This document shows, one piece after another, positions 35,610 to 48,851 of a DNA stretch of 64,000 nt (the stretch's first letter is position 1; every line of letters begins with the position of its first letter). A model generated the notes under the pieces. It was not told where the DNA came from. It ran no database searches and saw only the letters and a program-made list of their open reading frames with translations. Location: the NCBI GenBank assembly GCA_001662655.1, contig KV460238.1; one strand, given 5' to 3'. Both the position numbers and the translations under genes were made by a program. This stretch comes from Pseudogymnoascus verrucosus. Lineage: Eukaryota.

Positions 35610-36413
35610 GATTGCTTGGTGTGGATTATTTGGTGCTGATAGTTGGAGAATGGCGTGAGAATGAGAATGTTATCTTACTGGAACATGGAGGGGTGGGTTC
35701 GTAGCTATACCCCGCGTTTACCCCACATGGATACCCCCGGGACTATAGAATTAACTGACACCTCGGGAATGCTTAACCACGCACAACGCATGATGGGCTC
35801 TCTAGTATATAGTCTTCTCTTGGACCACGCATTCAATCGAATACTAGCGCCGGGTCTCTTCAACCAACCTTAAGCGTGTAGGCGTTAAAATCACTATGTG
35901 ATGCTGCACTATATGAGTTTCTATGTCCGTTTAAAACGAGAAATAGTAACTAGCAAATGTGGCTGACGCCTTAGAGTGAATGTTATGCGACTTATTGTAT
36001 TACATGGTGACTGGCGTTTAAATAGCAACGATGAGGGCCGACGAGGCTCTACCTATGCTACAGATGATATACAGGTTGTTGCTGTAAATTGACTTCTAAA
36101 AATAGGTGAGTCGACAGAGTACCATGGAAGCTGGTTTGCCAAGCATCTAACTACAAGCAGAACTAACAACTAACATATCATATCATAAATCTGCAGTATG
36201 CTCCCCACCTATCACCGCGACGCTTCGGCCCGTGCGTCTGTTGGTTGACCCAGAAGACAATGCTGGGTCAACCATCGGTGATTTGTGAACGAAGCGCGTG
36301 GGGTATGACAAGTGGCTACAATTGTATATAGCCAACACATCCCCCATCGTCTTGTAATTCCGTTCGTCTTTCACAAATCCACACAGCGTCTTAGCCTCCG
36401 ACTCTTGCTCATA

Positions 36414-37593
36414 ATGGAGTGGCCAGAGTTTACGAACCCGTTCGTCGGTATAAAACCTCCGCCGGGCGTTCATGTTCCCGAGCGCGAGGAGCTTCTAGGT
36501 AGCATCTGTGCAGAGAGGTCGCCTCGTTCCGGTTTTGCATACCCACCGGAAGCGCCCACATTCTGGATCAAGTACGGCTTTGCAGTATATTGGAATGAGG
36601 TATGCGGCCAGACCGTGGCATATGATGGCCTCCGACAGATTGGATCTTAAGTGCGAGCGCCGGGAGTGTACTACGCCTTTAAAGAAGATACAAGTACTTA
36701 CATTGTTATGGAGTACATTCCAGGAAAGACTGCCACACAGTGCTTGGAGGAAACTCAAGATGAGGCAGAAAAAGAAACGATCTATCGGTCCATGGCCTTC
36801 GCAGTTAGTGAGCTTCACCGTATCCCCATCCCTGAGTCCCGGCGACGGCTAGCTGTCATCTCTGGGGAGAGGTTTCGCCATAATATTTTCGAATCTCATC
36901 TACTAGCTACCCGTCACTACGAGAACACGGAGCAATTCCAAAATCATATTAATACGGTTAGTTCTTACCTCAATTTGACCCAAATCTCATACGGACAGTC
37001 TAACGAAACGTATCTAGTTCCTAAGATTAACCAAACGAGAGAATCGAGTTCATGGCCTCCATCAAGAGCCGATGGTTTTCTGCCAGGCAGATATATACCA
37101 TGGCAACTATATGATCGATGCTGATAACCGGGTAACGGCCATTGACTTCGATCTTTCGAGCATCGTTCCGTCTAGCTTGGCAAAATTCTCTGCGCGCTTT
37201 CACAATCTCGGCGTTGACATTAGTCAGTGGGTGGACGTCCCAGCCACTGAAGGGATCGACAACACTGAGGCGCTGTTGGTGGCATATGGCCCCATGACCA
37301 TGGGATCGAGTTCGTTCTATAGAGTCGGTAAGAGGACTCGTGGCGGAGATGATGAGACTCAGAACAGAATCAACCAGGCTTTGCAACACGAGGTGAGGGA
37401 TTATCCTAGGTCTTGGGGGCCAACGATGGGTGAAGTTATTGCCGCGCAGGAGGCAAACGACAAGCTAGGTGTGGAAGTGGATCCTTCCGTGCGACGTTAC
37501 ACAGCTGAGGAGATCAAAGAAATCAAGGGCTTTGGCTGGGGCAAGCCCAAGCCCCGCATACTCCGCAAGCTCGTCGAGGATGACCTACCCTAA
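36414..37593 (+). pseudogene. APH/choline-kinase-like (PKL fold) gene with an in-frame stop
   Basis: MEWPEFTNPF...FWIKYG...NEV...RQIGS, then TAA (36648-36650), then VRAPGVYYAF...YIVMEYIPG in the same frame. After the intron at about 36956-37018: VFCQADIYHGNYMIDADNRVTAIDF. Confidence 0.75.
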
Positions 37594-37742
37594 TTTCAAA
37601 ATGTATTGGCAGAAACGTGAGCGCTGGAAACCGTTCTTTTTTGTTTGTGATAAAGGAACGATTCGTCCAGGGAAAACTTTAATATCACATAACTAGCTAC
37701 AGTCCGTGCGAGGCTGGCAACCAGCACCGCCTTTCAGATACT

Positions 37743-38907
37743 TCACGTCGATGGGTTAAGCCCATAAGCAACGATCGCCGTCCCGCTCCAAAGCATAATC
37801 TGCTCCTCCATACCCAAGCCTCCCATCTCGCACATCCTCTCCACCACCGCCCTCCACTTCTTCCACGCATCTTCGCCAACGCCCACCGTGCAGACCGGCC
37901 AGTCGCTTCCGAACATCAGCCTCCCGCGGAACGCCGCGAGGATGACAGACAGCCAGGGCAGGATGGCGGCGAAGATGTGGTTTGCGGATTCGGTTTTCAG
38001 GGAGTCCGGCAGCTCGGATAGGCACCCGCTGAGCTTCATGTAGGTGTTCTTGGCTTGGGATAGCTTGAACATCGCCTCGCGCCACTTCTGGAAGCGGGGG
38101 TTCGCGTGGAGTTCGTCGGGTGGGAGAGCGTAAAAGGAAAAGTCGGGCTTGCAGAGGTGGTCTGTTTCTCGTTAGCACATGAACAGAAATCCGCATGCAG
38201 AAGCAGTATCGGAAGAAGGGGATATACATACTTATCACAATCCTAACTTTCTCTCCATCCTCAACACCCTCATGAGCCAATTTCACCATCTCCACCGCTT
38301 CCTCCAACTGCCAATCCCCCCCATTGTGCTGATCAACCCCCAAATCAAACGTCAGCTTCTCCCTCCCCAACAGCTTCAAGCCCTCAATAAAGCCCTCCCC
38401 CAGCATCGTTCCCGGCGGCTTACTCTGCACCAAATACCGGAACCCAGAGATCCTCTTTCCCGCCTCCTCCCCCGCCACCTCCCGCGCCTTCTCTATATAC
38501 CGCTCCACCACCGCCGCTCCGCTCGGCAGCGGCGCCCACGGCACAAACCCCTGCACTAATTTGGCATGGCTTTCATCGTGGCCCTCGCCCTCCTTGGGCT
38601 CACCAACGGCAACGCGCCGGATCCAGTCGACCTCCATCAAAGGCCCCGCCCAGCCGCTGCCGTCAGCCTCGCCGGAGTCGAGGTCATGCTCGCGGTCTGT
38701 CTCGAGGAAGACGAATCCCTCGAGTTCCGGGGGAGAGGTGGTGGCGGCGGTGTATTCTTCGAGGGAGTGCTGGTTTGTGGATAGGGGAAGGTTGGGATCG
38801 AACCAGGCGAGTGTGTTCACCTCAGATGCGGGGTAGATGTGGATGTGGGAGTCGATGATGGGGTATTTAGGGGTGACGGCGGGAGACTCGGTGGTTGTAG
38901 ATGCCAT
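37743..38907 (-). CDS. LRA2: L-rhamnono-gamma-lactonase (amidohydrolase 2 family), 2 exons
   Basis: IIDSHIHIY, GFVFLETDR, GFRYLVQ, spliced NHLCKPD, YMKLSG and MFGSDWPVC, located inside the rhamnose cluster. Confidence 0.88.
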
Positions 38908-39403
38908 GGTTAATTATATTTTGGATTTCGATTGATTATTGATGGGTATCTGATTATAAAGTACTGTACGAATTGCTTTTGTTGAATGGGTTGTTGATGG
39001 CTCTGGTCTATCTTCAGCTATGTGGGGTTTATCTCGCAAGGCTGAGGCGATTCGTTTAGGGGTCCAAGCTCCCCTGGTGGTGGATACCGAAGAGTTGCTG
39101 GTCGGGGGGTGTTTCCCCGAAGACGGTGGGGTTATGAGACCAAGCCGTGTAATTGTAAGACCTGGTGGATGACCTCGGACTGTATTACTGTTTGCATCCG
39201 CCACTCTGTCTTTTAATATTAAACGAAAGCAGACCGGGATTTTTCTTAACATTCTTATTTCTTCCACCTTACTATTTTTCAAGTTGTGAGTACTCCGAGT
39301 CTCCAAGCAGCTCCAACTGACCGACGAAATAGCCCGATTGTCGAAAGTGCGGGGTAAATTATCAGATCACCACCATCACCACCACCACCACCAAACTCCC
39401 ACA

Positions 39404-40442
39404 ATGGCCTCCCCACCACCAGGCGGCGTCTACGTCCCCGTCCCAACCTTCTTCGTCGGCAAGACAGCTCCAAACTACAATGCGGCCGCTGCTCCCTTCG
39501 ACGCGGAGACGCAATCCAAGCACTCCATCCACCTCGCCAAAAGCGGCATCCGCGGGCTCGTGATCCTCGGTAGCACCGGCGAGGCAGTCCACCTCACCAA
39601 CAAGGAGCGCTTCGAGGTCCTATCTTCCCAGCGCAAGGCCCTTGACGAGGCAGGATTCAAGGACTACCCCATCATCGCCGGGACAGCCACCCAAGACATC
39701 GAGGGAACGGTCGAGCAGCTCCAAGAAGCCCAAAAGGCCGGCGCACAATGGGGTCTCTGCCTCGCACCCGGCTACTTCGCTGGTGCCGTCACGCAAGAGG
39801 GAATCGTGAAATGGTTCCAGGCTGTCGCTGACCGCAGTCCAATTCCCGTTATGATGTTGGTTCCCTCCTCCTCAAAAAAGGCCACGTGCACCAGCTAACA
39901 AACCCCGCAGCTACCACTACCCCGGTGTCTCCAACAACGTCAAAGTCACCCCCTCCACCTACGCCACTCTCTCCGCCCACCCCAACATCGTGGGCTGCAA
40001 GCTCTCTCACGGGGATGTCTCGTACCACGCCCAGATCGGCGCGAACCCTTCCATCGACCACAGTCACTTCCACACCTTCACCGGTCTCGGACAGCAGCTC
40101 CTCCCCATCTTGGCCTTGGGATGCGCCGGCACGATCGACGGCAGTGCAGGATTCTTCCCTAAGTCGGTGGTGCACCTGTACGACCTGTGTCTTAAGGAGG
40201 GTAAGACTGCGGAGGATATCAAGGAGGCGAGGACGCTGCAGTATAAGATTAGTGCAGTGGAGGAGCTAGTGGTGAGGTTTGGGACGGTGGGGATTAAGGA
40301 GGCGGTTTCGAGGGTGTTGGGGTTGGGGGAGAGGGATGGGACGAGGTTGCCGCTTGTTGGGGGGATTCCGGGAGGGGATGCGGAGTGGGAGAATTGGAAG
40401 GGGGCGGTTGGGGAGTTGGAGGCTGTGGAGAAGTCGTTGTAG
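39404..40442 (+). CDS. LRA4: DHDPS/NAL-family aldolase, L-2-keto-3-deoxyrhamnonate aldolase (LRA4-like), 2 exons
   Basis: GVYVPVPTFF, LGSTGEA, spliced YHYPGVSNN, Schiff-base Lys in HPNIVGCKLSHGDVS, TGLGQQLLP and EELVVRFGTVGIK. These motifs match yeast LRA4 as recalled, and the cluster context agrees. Confidence 0.85.
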
Positions 40443-40590
40443 ATTGAGGTATAGCTTTGATAGCTCTTCGTAGCTCATAAATCATAGCTTAGCTATTGCA
40501 TGCAAATAAGAGATATATATCCGCTTTCATTCCACGTTCCTATGTCGATTTATCAACCTACTATATACCCAGAACGCATTCACCATGCCC

Positions 40591-40703
40591 TCGCTGCAGA
40601 TGTAGTCAACGTCGACCTCTCCGAACCAATTCCAGCACCTCACTGCAGCTGTAGTTAACTTCCACCTCTCCAAACCACTTCCAGCACCTCACTGCAGGTT
40701 AAC
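40591..40703. repeat. 49 bp tandem repeat overlapping the LRA1 stop codon
   Basis: tc(g/a)ctgcag recurs at 40591, 40640 and 40689, with acctctcc.aacca.ttccagcacc repeated between copies. Confidence 0.8.
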
Positions 40704-41572
40704 AAACATCCCCCCATCCACCAAAAGCTGCGCCCCATTCACAAATCCACTCAACTCCCCACAGGCCAAAAAAATCGCCGGCCCAACCATATCACTCGTC
40801 TCCCCAATCCTCCCCAACGGAATGCGCCCCTCCATATACCTCTCCTTCTCGCCCACCAAATCCTTCTCATTCAACTGCGTCCTAATCGTGCCCGGCAAGA
40901 GGGCATTACATCTAATCCCGTACTTCCCCAGCGCGACAGCCATAGATTGCATCAGCGAGGTCACGCCGGCTTTGGTGGGTGTGTAGTGCACTTGTTGACC
41001 GCCGCCGACGAGGGCGGAGATGGAGGACATCCCGATTATGGAACCGCCGCGACCTTGTGTGGCCATTTGGCGGGCGGCGGCTTGGCAGGCGTAGAAGGCG
41101 CCGTTGAGGTTGATGTTTACTGTTGAGGCAAAAAGATCCGGTTCCATACTATCGTTGGTATCAGCACGACGTCCCTCCTCAGCTCTCACCACCAAGTAAT
41201 AAACTCTCCAAGGAGAAGGGGGAAGACTCACTCCAAAACCTCAGCAAACTTACAAACCCCCGCATTACTCACAAAAACATCTAACCCCCCCCACCTCTCC
41301 ACCGTCTTCCTCACCAGCTCCTTCCCCGTCTCCGGAAGGGAGATATCACCCTGCACCTCCATCAACTCCCCAGCACCGGCATCTTTCTCCTTCAGCGCCT
41401 TCGCCTCCTCGATCAAGGAGGCGAGCAGTGAAGCGTCGGAAGCGAGACCGAGATGGTTGGCGGCGACGTTGCAGCCTTGGGCGAGGAATCCTAATGTGAT
41501 GGCCCGACCGATGCCCGTGGTGCCGCCGGTTATGGCGGCGGTTTTGGAAGCGAGGAGGGCGGTTGGTGGCAT
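40689..41572 (-). CDS. LRA1: L-rhamnose 1-dehydrogenase (SDR), 2 exons
   Basis: TGGTTGIGRAI, VAANHLG, SNAGVCKFAE, SSISALVGGGQQVHYTPTKAG, CNALLPGTIRTQLN and the C-terminus LLVDGGMFVNLQ. Confidence 0.92.
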
Positions 41573-42448
41573 TTTGTTTTGCGGGTGGGTTTTGGTGGTG
41601 GTTGTGATGGGTGAGGGTGAGAGATGTTTCAGACGGATAGGTGGGATGTAGTCGTCGTGGTTGAATCGCGTGTCGACTGTAGCTATAGCTGTAAGCTTTA
41701 ACCCACCAAACAAAACACACAACTTCGTCAAAAATCGTTAAAACAGTTATATTTTCTTAGATCAATCACATCCACAATCCAGTGGACACGCGGATACGCC
41801 TACGTTGCTATATCTCCTCTCCTCCAGTTACCGTTTCCGGAAATCCCACCCCTCACTCCCCAATGGAGGGGTCACGTACCCCCCACGACACTTTTCCGCT
41901 AGCGGCTCCCCTCCCAATCCACCCAGGTTTCCCCCTGTACCCCGCCATATTCGGTGGTCTTTCACCCACCACCGAGCTGCCGAAACCACCAAAATGACGA
42001 TTTTGCCGAGACGGAGAAATTAGGAAGGCAAAACTGTATGCCCGCATGTATACCCGCCGCCACGCACGCACACGCGCACGCAAGATCTGAGAGCCAGCCG
42101 GATGGGACGCACGAGGACCGGCATTTCTTTTTTAGTTATATTAAAAAAAAGTTGGGGGAATGCGGGGGAGATGGGATTCTGCGCGTCGTTTGCATGCAAG
42201 TTTCACTTTCTGCCGTGTATATGTCCCAATCCATGTCAATACCGTTAAACTGTATAGCAGTAGGGTGTAGTAGAGATAGTTTCGAATTATATGCACAAAA
42301 AAGTCTAAACTACCTTCTACTGCCAAAAAATACAATAACACAAGTCAATTTATTCCCCGAGGTCCCCCCGCGAAGCCAATGAAAGGCAACAAAACAATCA
42401 AGCAAAAGAGCAAACAGCAAAGAATATGTAGTTTCATAAAGTCCCCAA

Positions 42449-44007
42449 TCATGCAGATGTCGTCAATCCGTTGACCCCATTCACCAGCTCCTCTACAATA
42501 CTCGTCTGCTCCTTCCCGCCATCAACCGTTGGCGTGGATTTCTCCGTCGCGGCGGCAGCCTCCTGCGCAGTGACTGCTGGGACAGAAGCCTCCTGTGAAA
42601 CAACCGGAGCTGCGGCAACAGGTGCAGCCTCAATCTGAGCGCGCTGGAGCGGGCCGCCGAGTGGGCGTTCCGGGTTGGGGGTGAGGAGGTATTGTGCGGG
42701 GATCAGGCGAGCGGCGGGGTTGAGGGTGAGACCGAAGCCGGGCTTGTCGAGCTGGTCGGCGGTGAGGTAGCCGTTGATCGGGATGGGCTCGTCGATGAAG
42801 AGGTCGCCGAAGACGGGGAGGACGCTCTTTCCGTCGGGAGAGTTTGCGAGGTATTCTTGGAAGGGGCAGTTGGTCTGCGAGATAACGTAGTGGTAACTGT
42901 AAGGGCCGCTGGCGTGGGGGACGACAGGGATGTCGTAGGCGGCGGCCATGGCGGAGACCTTCAGGAGCTCGGTCAGTCCACCGAGCCACATCACGTCGGG
43001 CTGGATGATATCGAGGTTGCGGCCCTCGATGAGCTTGCGGAATCCGTAGCGCGAGTACTCGTGCTCTCCGGTCGTGAACTTGACTTGCGGGTGGGCGCGC
43101 TTGATGAGCGCAAATCCATCAGTGTCATCAGGCGACAAACACTCCTCCCACCAGTTAATGTTGAGGTCTAAGCAGGCCTTGACAATCTCAATTGTGTACT
43201 GGACGTTCAAGCTCATGTAGCAGTCGACCATGATTGGGAAGTCTGGTCCAACACTCTCGCGGTGCTTGCGGAGGAACTCAACGTTCTTCCTGAGGCCGGC
43301 GTGGCCCTCCTCTGGGCAGTATGGAAGCGGGACCTTAGCTCCCCAGAAACCCATCTTCTTAGCAGCAGTGGGCTCCGGGCCGGTGCAGTAGAAATCGAGC
43401 TTCTCGCGGGTTGCACCACCGATCAGCTTGTAGACTGGCTCGTTGCGAACCTTTCCTTGGAGATCCCAAAGTGCCAAATCAATGACGGAGATGACAGCAA
43501 CGGGAAGACCCTTGCGGCCGTAGAACATGGAGGCGCGGTACATTTGTTCGAAGATGTGGTTTGTGTCTCTCGGGTCAGCACCGATCAGGAAGCGCTCGAA
43601 GTGCTGGTGGACGAGCCAGCAAGCAGGAGGGCCTGAGACAATGTTAGAAATGCTGGCTGCGAATTCATGGCGGTGAGTATACGTTACCTCCGAATCCAGT
43701 AGCAAAGCCAACTGTGCCATCTGTTCCCTCGATTTCCACACAGAAGGAGCCCAGAACGTTAATTCCCCAGCTCAGTCTCGAAGCACGATATTGCTCCCAT
43801 CTCGACATAGGCGTGGAGATGGAGGTGTCGACGAGCCTGTCATACTCGTCAGCAAGGTGCGGGGTGAGAGTATGGTGATCTTTGAGACGATCGTGTCTGT
43901 GGTACATACCAATGGCCGCCCTCGACATTGTGGTAATCGCCTCCGGAGCCAACGCCATCGATCACGTAGGTCCTAATGGCCTTGATCTTGGGGAAGTCTT
44001 TAACCAT
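42449..44007 (-). CDS. LRA3: L-rhamnonate dehydratase (enolase superfamily), 3 exons
   Basis: MVKDFPKIKAIRTYVIDGVGSGGDYHNVEGGHW, SWGINVLG, MFYGRKG, DCYMSL, WWEECL, TGEHEYSRYGF, QPDVMWLGG and VPHASG. Confidence 0.95.
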
Positions 44008-45358
44008 CTTGTCGGGTTATGTTGTAAATGCGCGGATTAATTGAGGAATGGCACTCAGAGTCCTACCTGGCTGGGAGGAACCAAGTATTTGTATGGATTG
44101 AGGATATGAAGAAGAGAAGAGGGATTGAGGGGAGAAGAGAAGAAGAAGAAGAAGGCGGAATGGGAAGGGACCGATAATTGTAACGGTTAGCTCTGAGAGG
44201 CTCTTTCCCTCACGATCAGCACGAGGACATGCGGGCGTAGTGTGTTTTGTGGGGTGTAACGTTTACAGTCCTCGGTGTCTCTCGGTGGCTATTAACCCAG
44301 GACCGACGGCCGAGTACAAGCACCGAGTTCCGTGGCGGACAAAGAGTACAATAAAGTACCGGCGACACCGCGGTGTAAACCGGAGAATGGTCGTACTCGT
44401 ACCGTACTCGTTCCGTGAGAGCGGCGAGAAGCATGTGCCTTTAGACGGTGTGGACGGTGGACGACGACGGTTGCATCCACGCACCACAGGTATATACCAC
44501 CAATATGCCATAACAGGTAATTGTGCATTATTACATCACACCACTCTTGCATACTCGTCCATAGAAACGGTTGAGACGATACTCACACATGATACACTCA
44601 CAAACACACTCTGCTCCATGTGGTAAGTATGTAAAAACAATAAGTAGAGCTAGAGTAGACTGTCTTATACTTCTCCTCATACCTGCCTCATACCTGCCTC
44701 ATACCTACTCTCTTACTTATACCCACACACCCCCTCCACACATCCATCCATCCTGTTCCTGTCTCCCTTGTCCCCTTGCCCTGCTTACCCCTTCTTCTCC
44801 TTCTCCCTTCTGTCCCTTTCCCCTTCTCTACCACACTTCCTTCCACCCTTCCACCCTTCCACCATTCCACCCTAACTTCCATCCTTCTACCCTGACATCC
44901 TTCCACCCTAACCACCACACTTCTTTCCTTCCACACACCCTTTGATGCAGCACACTAGAGAAACCCCTAACCTTCCCCACACTTTCTCCCTATAACACCC
45001 CAAATAATCCCTACAACTTCCCTAAGAACCCCTACAAGCACCAACAACACCACTGGAAATAAGCAAACCTGGCCACTGTCTAGTGCCCACCATCCACCAC
45101 AACCTCCCTAACCCCGAAAATCACAAATAGTCCTTAAAGAAGGCGTTCCTGTGTCTCCCCTAACCTCCCCGGATCTTTCCTCTCCACACTCCACACTCAC
45201 TCCACACTTCCCCCCACACTTTTTCGGTCGTGACTTGTGTCTTTGAGCCGAGATACGTAGCCGGCCCAACTGTCACTCTTTCTTTCGCACCTTCATATCC
45301 CGAAGCCAAACCCGTTCGTTGATTCATGTTATGCAACCCACCAAGATTGTCTCACGCG

Positions 45359-48139
45359 ATGGATCTTCAACACTCGCCTCAGCCCTCGATCCTGTCTGGC
45401 TCCGGCCTCAAGCGCGACAGCGACGGGTACAACGACCAGTACGGTAGTGGTGACGAGAGTCTCGCCGGAGATGGAGATGTCAATGAAAACGGTGATGGCC
45501 CGCGCAAAGCCCAGTGTCGTCCCGTGAGGGTATCGTAAGACATCCCTTTCTCGCGGTACCAACCTGAGTTTTCTTTTCACGCGCAAAAAATATATTTATT
45601 ACGCGCTATCTACTGCACATTGTACCGAGTAAAAAGTATATGGATTACAGATAGCTGACCGACTTGAAGGTGTGAATTATGCAAACAGAGAAAGGTATAT
45701 CCACCGAGAGCTTCCCCGCCGCAACATGCATCGCCGAGGTGTTCCTGGAAGACCGCGCGATGCGCCTGTGAACCCCAGACTTACCCTCAGTAGGTCAAAT
45801 GCGATCGCGGGCAGCCATCCTGCCGCTGGTGCAGTCGCAACGGCGCGAGATGCGAATACAAGGAGCGGAAGAAGCCCGGGCTGAGAGTAGGTTCTTGTGA
45901 GAAACCCCGCTGTGCACCACGCGACTAATACCCATAGGCTGGCTACGGACGCGAACTCGAGCAGAGGTTGGACAGGTTGGAGGACATTCTGCAGACGCAT
46001 GCGCGCATCCTTGAGACAGCACTGGCCCCGCAGCAGGGCAACCAAGGCAATCATCTCAACCAGGGCAACCAGGCGGCACTACATGATGGACAGATTCTGG
46101 GGAACCATCTTTCGAGGATAGAGGGCCAACCATTCATTCAACAAAAGACTTCAGCCTTCTCTGGATCTACCCCGCAACATGCCGACTTTCACAACTCGTT
46201 ATCACCGCCAACGCCGTCGATGCAGTCGATGCATGGGGACGCTTATATGCAACAGCAGCACCAGGCGCAACAACACCAAGCACAGCAGCACCAACAGCAG
46301 ATTGTTCAAAATGGATCTCAGTCGGCTGCGCAATTCTATAACACCGCCCAACCGCCAGTGGAATCGCCCACCTTGAATATCTCCGAGAGTACAACAGAAG
46401 CCCCATCTGATAGCGACCTGCCGCCATACGATCTACTTTACGCCCTCGTGGATCTCTTTTTCAAACATGTAAATACATGGTGTCCGATGCTGCACCGCCG
46501 GTCGACGCTGGACTCCCTCTTTGGGCCGTCTCAGTTGGAAGAAGCAGACAGGATACTCTTACACGCCATCGTTGCGACCACCTTGAGGTTTTCTAATGAC
46601 CCGCGGTTGACAGATGAGAGGCGGAACCATTACCACGATATCTCGAAGCAGAAGGTTTTACTATATGGGCTGGAGAATTCATCTGTCAAGGCCCTACAAG
46701 CAATGGTCATACTCGCCCTTGACCTAGTCGGAGATAGCAATGGCCCCCCTGGATGGAACGTCCTCGGCCTCATCACACGGGCAGTCGTCCAACTTGGCTT
46801 GGCTGTTGAGACGACCTCCTTCTCAGTAGCACCCGACTACCAATCCATCTACACACTCCGCGCCATGGTACTCCCGGACGCAAAAGACTGGATCGAAGAC
46901 GAATCCCGCCGCCGACTCGTCTGGATGATCTACCTCCTCGACCGCTACGCCACCATCGCCACCGCCTTCGAATTCGCCCTCGACGAGAAAGAAATCGACC
47001 GCAAGCTCCCCTGTCGCGACGACCTCTGGAACAAAAACGTCCCCGTCGAGACCCGCTGGTTCCACACTCACACCCACGCCGAGTTCAGCCAGCCCCCTCC
47101 CCCCGAAAACCTCGGCGCCTTCTCCTACTACATCGAGATTCTCGGGATCCTGTCGCGGATCCATCAATTCCTCAAGAAACCAGTCGACATCTCCGCCCTC
47201 CCCGATGTCGAGAAGTGGCAGGGCGAGTATAGAGAACTCGATAACCTGCTCACGTCGTGGAAATTCGACCTCCCACCCGACTACGGTAGTATGGCGCGCC
47301 TCTTCCAGCCTGGCAGCAGCAGAACCATAACCTGCGGCTGGGTCATGCTCCACGCCACCTACCACACCACCGTCATCCGCCTCCACTCCTCCGCCGCCTA
47401 CCCCACCACACGCTCACCGATCTTCACACCCTCCTACTCCGCCTCCCAACGCTGCCACGGCGCGGTAGAGAATATAGCCGCCCTCGGCGAATTCGTTGTC
47501 GCCAACAACATGCTCCCCAAGCTCGGCCCGCCATTTGCTTTCACCCTCTGGGTCGCTGCTAGGCTGCTGCTCGTGCACGGCTCGACGATCGAACATAAAT
47601 TGTCCCCGCAGATCCAGTTCTTCGTCGATACCCTCCACGCTATGAGTCGGTACTGGAAAGTCGCCGCGCGCTACTCGACTATTCTTCAGCGCGTGCTGGA
47701 TGAGCATTCCGACTCCGAGACGTCCGCTGCTGCGAACGGGGAGGAGAGAGTAACGCCCTCCAGTGTGAAGATATTGGCTGATATGAGGCGCTGCGCGTAT
47801 GACCTCGATTTCCTGATATCCCGCCAACCGCGCCATATCGGTGCGCTGGGCCGGCTAGGGGGGCAGGGACAGCCTAATCGGACGCCCGCGCAGAATGAGT
47901 TGGAGTATTTGGATGTGTTTGATTTCTTTAATGTGCCCAGGCTGCCGCCTGCGGTGGTGGGCGGGGAGGGGTTGGGAGGAGGAGGAGGGGGAGCGGAGGG
48001 GGGAGCGGGGATGCAAGTTGAGGGAGAGCTAGCAGGGGCGAATGGGAATGGGAATGGGAATGGGGGCGAGTTTAATATTACGAATTTTATGGTGGATGCG
48101 AATTCGGATTGGTTGTTTAAGAATCAGAATCAGGTCTGA
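45359..48139 (+). CDS. rhaR: Zn(II)2Cys6 transcription factor RhaR (L-rhamnose regulator), several 5' micro-exons
   Basis: Spliced cluster VS|CELCKQRK|VKCDRGQPSCRWCSRNGARCEYKERKKPGLR|AGYGRELEQRLDRLE and a fungal TF middle domain (ESRRRLVWMIYLLDRY). Divergent from LRA3. An alternative ATG lies at 45326. Confidence 0.88.
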
Positions 48140-48851
48140 GGGGGGGGGATGGGGATGGGGAAGGGAGTAAGAAGCGGGTGTTGCGGGCGTCTTGTGGGGG
48201 GAAATTGGGTCGAGGATCGGATAATCTTGGATACCTGGATGGATGTTGGATATTGATATTAGGGGTTGAAGGAAAAATGGGTTACTGTTAATACAAAGGG
48301 TCACATAGCATAGTCATTAGTCTATCCGGAAGGCACTGCACTACTCGCACCTTCCGCGTTATTCATGCACATACACATTTCACATTTCACCATTCACATC
48401 ATCAACCTCATTCAAACCCTCTTGTGCAGATCAGAAGTATTAATTCCATCCCCATCCACTCTCTCAGAAAATTAATTCTCTCCCCTTCCACCTCATCTCA
48501 ATCACCCCCTTAATTAATCCCACTCCTCTTCTTCCCCTTGGGCATCCTCCTCCGCTTCTGATTCTAAAATCATGTATGTACCGTAGTTGTGCACAACCAT
48601 TGTCGTATCGGGTATATCGGTCTATCCCCCCCAACCCCGAAAAGCAAAGCGCCTGCAATGAATGGATCCCATCAATCGAAAACAATTGGTTGGTCGATAT
48701 GGTTCTGTCTCGTCGTTCCTTCCATCTTCCGTCATCCCGCTCGCTCCTTCCCGTTCCCGCAACACCCCTCGCTCCTTCCCGCCCATCATCCCTCGCTCCT
48801 TCCCCAACTTTATCAATTTCCCTCCTCCCTCAAGGCAAGCAGGCTAGGCGT

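Noticed and set aside
39338..39403. Apparent poly-His N-terminal extension of LRA4
   Set aside because: It comes from a (CAC)n tract in the 5' UTR read from a TTG. The real ATG with good context is at 39404.
44270..44430. CGG/CCG- and GTAC-rich patch in the LRA3-rhaR promoter as the RhaR site
   Set aside because: It is plausibly regulatory, but the triplet spacings checked (6, 13, 17, 20) did not match the CGG-N11-CCG spacing recalled for RhaR, so no site was called.
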